DNA from: Caedimonas varicaedens
Lineage (GTDB): Bacteria; Pseudomonadota; Alphaproteobacteria; Caedimonadales; Caedimonadaceae
DNA: 8,096 bases
Direction: 5' to 3'
Assembly: GCA_001192655.1 (NCBI GenBank)
Contig: BBVC01000052.1
Span: 1-8,096 of the forward strand
The position numbers and the translations under genes were made by a program. The notes under the pieces were generated by a model. It saw only the letters and a program-made list of their open reading frames with translations. It made no database searches and had not been told where the DNA came from. How positions within the stretch are numbered: the stretch's first letter is position 1; every line of letters begins with the position of its first letter. This document shows positions 6,519-8,096 of the stretch, piece after piece.

Positions 6519-7078
6519 CTGACCATGTGTCGTTGAGTGCATAATCCACGTAACCTCCCAATGGTATGTAGACGTAATTAGATTTGCGGTAATATCCCAG
6601 AATATCATTATCATCTGTTTTCGTTTCCTCGCTATCATCGCTTTTAAAGCGGTATCCGATACCAGTATAGGGTGAGAGAATCAGTCTGTGCATGACTGGT
6701 ATCTTGATCCCTGCAACCAAACGTGGTTCATAAATCAGAGCAACAATTTCTTTCTTGGTTTTTTGTGTCACTTCCTCCTTGCGTCCCGTCCTGTAAGCAT
6801 GTTTTCCCCAAAGAAATCGTCCTTCAGGTTGGATAAACAGGGTTTCTTTCCACGTGAGTCGGTAAGAACCGTTCAAGCCGTATAGGTTACCCGTGTTATT
6901 CATCCATTGTGCGCCATATTCGGGAACAAGCTCATTCTGAAAAATGTCGGGTTCTTTATAGAAATACCTTATAGCTTCAATTCCTAAAGAGAATTCATAT
7001 CTAAAAGCTGAGGGAGTTTCTGCTCTAATATTGGAAGAAGCAGATGCGATGGTTAAGGCAATGGATAATCTCAGTATA

Positions 7079-7086
7079 TTTTTTTT
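7079..7086. repeat. T8/A8 homopolymer immediately after the OMP start codon
   Basis: The minus strand reads ATG AAA AAA AAT, giving eight consecutive A residues in codons 2-4. Confidence 0.9.
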
Positions 7087-7100
7087 CATTTGAGTCTCTT

Positions 7101-7124
7101 TTGGGGGATTGGGGGATTGGGGGA
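7101..7124. repeat. Three perfect tandem copies of the octamer TTGGGGGA (TCCCCCAA on the minus strand)
   Basis: This is read directly: ttggggga x3 at 7101-7108, 7109-7116 and 7117-7124, followed by a partial fourth unit TTGAcg. It lies in the 100-bp divergent intergenic region, 12 nt upstream of the OMP ATG. Confidence 0.95.
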
Positions 7125-7132
7125 TTGACGAA

Positions 7133-7160
7133 TTAATAATTATTATGATGTACTTGTCAA
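7133..7160 (-). promoter_or_regulatory. Candidate sigma70 promoter for the OMP gene
   Basis: On the minus strand, a consensus TTGACA (7160-7155) is followed by a 16-nt spacer and TATTAA (7138-7133), or by a 17-nt spacer and ATTAAT. This would put the three TCCCCCAA units in the 5' UTR. Confidence 0.4.
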
Positions 7161-7189
7161 AATGGCAACTCTTTTGTGAGGCTTCTTTC

Positions 7190-8020
7190 ATGAAACATTA
7201 TCTTTTGACTGCCAGTGTCTTAGCTCTTCTCACCTCTCCTGGTTTTGCTACATGGCAGCAAGACGTGCAGGATCAGGTCAATCTTGAGGTGGGACAGAAC
7301 AAGGTTATCCAAAAGCTCATGAAGAGTCAGGATTATACAATCGATTTAGATGAAGGTTCTTTATTGAAGACGATTACCAAGGTCGTTCAGGTTAAAAATG
7401 AAAAGAAAAAAGGTGGTCAACAGCCTAACCCCACCGACATTGATCGTGAGGCCTATCGTCAAATCGCCAACACACTTGACAGTCTGAAGACTTCCCGCGC
7501 TCCGATAGGTGGCGGCTATTACCTGACGAAGAATTTCCGTGGTGATGCTTTGTCTGTGGAGTCAGGGTATAATCCTCTGGCTTATCCTGTGCGATCTTCT
7601 GATCGGGAGCGGCCTGACGGCTTTCTTCCCGTAACCTACAAATCCAATTTTATGAGTGTGAGGCTTTGTAATGAGATTGATCATTACGTTTCTAACAATG
7701 GTCTTTCCAAGGATGAAGCCCGACGTCTGAATCGTTATTTACAGCCGATCTTTTACATTGTGCAGCAAGAAGTCTCCCAGATGCTGGAAGGAGGCAAAAC
7801 CAAAAGCCTGCTTTATTCTCAACGTTGGGTTTACGGCAAGGACTATAGTGATATTGTGAAGTCTGTCAAAGGACAAACGAGTCACCATCATGCCCTTATT
7901 AAATATGCCGGACTGAAGGGATTTAATCCTTTTGTTGTTGAGGATTCCCTTGTTCCTTCTCTGGTTGATCTTGCTTTATCCTTTCCCTCATCCTTCAAGG
8001 ATTCTTCTGAGCGCAGGTAA
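7190..8020 (+). CDS. Hypothetical exported protein (276 aa), no recognisable family
   Basis: The ATG at 7190 is preceded by GAGG 8 nt upstream. The N-terminus MKHYLLTASVLALLTSPGFA/TWQQ looks like a Sec signal peptide with an AXA-like cleavage site. The frame stays open for 276 codons with ordinary composition. The track's upstream start at 7109 would place the signal peptide internally. Confidence 0.7.
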   Translation: MKHYLLTASVLALLTSPGFATWQQDVQDQVNLEVGQNKVIQKLMKSQDYTIDLDEGSLLKTITKVVQVKNEKKKGGQQPNPTDIDREAYRQIANTLDSLKTSRAPIGGGYYLTKNFRGDALSVESGYNPLAYPVRSSDRERPDGFLPVTYKSNFMSVRLCNEIDHYVSNNGLSKDEARRLNRYLQPIFYIVQQEVSQMLEGGKTKSLLYSQRWVYGKDYSDIVKSVKGQTSHHHALIKYAGLKGFNPFVVEDSLVPSLVDLALSFPSSFKDSSERR

Positions 8021-8096
8021 TCGTCATTATACGCTGGGCGTGAACAAGAGTGGACATTTGAGTCTGATTCATCCTGATACGAATCTATAGCTAAAA

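Larger units (their letters stand above)
6239..7089 (-). pseudogene. Beta-barrel outer-membrane protein gene interrupted by a frameshift at a (TC)5 tract (pseudogene, or the OFF state of a phase-variable gene)
   Basis: There is a signal peptide (MKKNILRLSIALTIASASSNIRA/ETP) from the ATG at 7089, followed by alternating-hydrophobic beta-strand sequence down to ...YALNDTWSVSLS. The OMP-type continuation and the terminal signature ...FESGMRLGVSF-stop lie in the other frame (track ORF 6239-6526). The two frames meet at 6509-6518. Confidence 0.7.

Noticed and set aside
3872-6885. Other short shadow ORFs (3872-4081+, 5165-5386-, 5223-5483+, 6006-6203-, 6688-6885+)
   Set aside because: Each is fully nested in a stronger gene (znuC, tag, the integrase remnant or the OMP) in another frame or on the other strand, and none has recognisable motifs.
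7101-7124. G-quadruplex formation or a telomere-like function for the TTGGGGGA repeats
   Set aside because: Only three G-runs are present, whereas an intramolecular quadruplex needs four. The resemblance to ciliate telomeric TTGGGG is superficial in a bacterial intergenic context.
7090-7191. An in-frame upstream extension of the OMP ORF to the ATG at 7191 (MKEASQKSCHFDKYIIIIINSSIPQSPNPPKETQ), and the 10-bp palindrome TTTCATGAAA (7186-7195) that carries ATGs on both strands
   Set aside because: The extension would bury the signal peptide 34 residues inside the protein and would translate through the octamer repeats. The ATG at 7089 directly precedes a canonical signal peptide. The palindrome is most simply a coincidence of two divergent ATG contexts.
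1-8096. CRISPR arrays, IS elements with terminal inverted repeats, rRNA genes, toxin-antitoxin pairs or known defence-system genes
   Set aside because: I saw no regularly spaced direct repeats, no transposase-like ORFs and no rRNA-like segments. There are also no small adjacent ORF pairs and no large ATPase or nuclease ORFs. The only mobile-element trace is the integrase fragment at 5861-6232.

Overview
The window has two parts. Positions ~100-5650 are a compact, minus-strand block of housekeeping genes. In transcription order they are DNA-3-methyladenine glycosylase I (tag), a YjjG-like HAD hydrolase, znuC, znuB, a 6S RNA (ssrS) with its own promoter, 5-formyltetrahydrofolate cyclo-ligase, a B. 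subtilis YmdB-type metallophosphoesterase, and an RMD1/DUF155 family protein. The gene content and the ssrS-5-FCL-metallophosphoesterase order fit a low-GC alphaproteobacterium-like genome. That placement is inference only, because no search was possible. A plus-strand tRNA-Gly(GCC) at 5743-5817 marks the switch to what looks like a decayed accessory region. This region holds a 5'-truncated tyrosine-integrase remnant next to the tRNA, then a minus-strand beta-barrel outer-membrane protein gene. That gene's reading frame breaks exactly at a (TC)5 dinucleotide tract and is preceded by an A8 run and three tandem TTGGGGGA octamers. A divergent orphan gene for a signal-peptide protein follows. The best candidates for follow-up are the repeat-laden OMP/orphan gene pair, which may be a contingency locus, and a 104-bp inverted-repeat-bounded element abutting the ymdB-type gene's ribosome-binding site. 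I could not recognise a named defence, toxin or secretion system. The region right of the tRNA runs off the window, so its full content is unknown.
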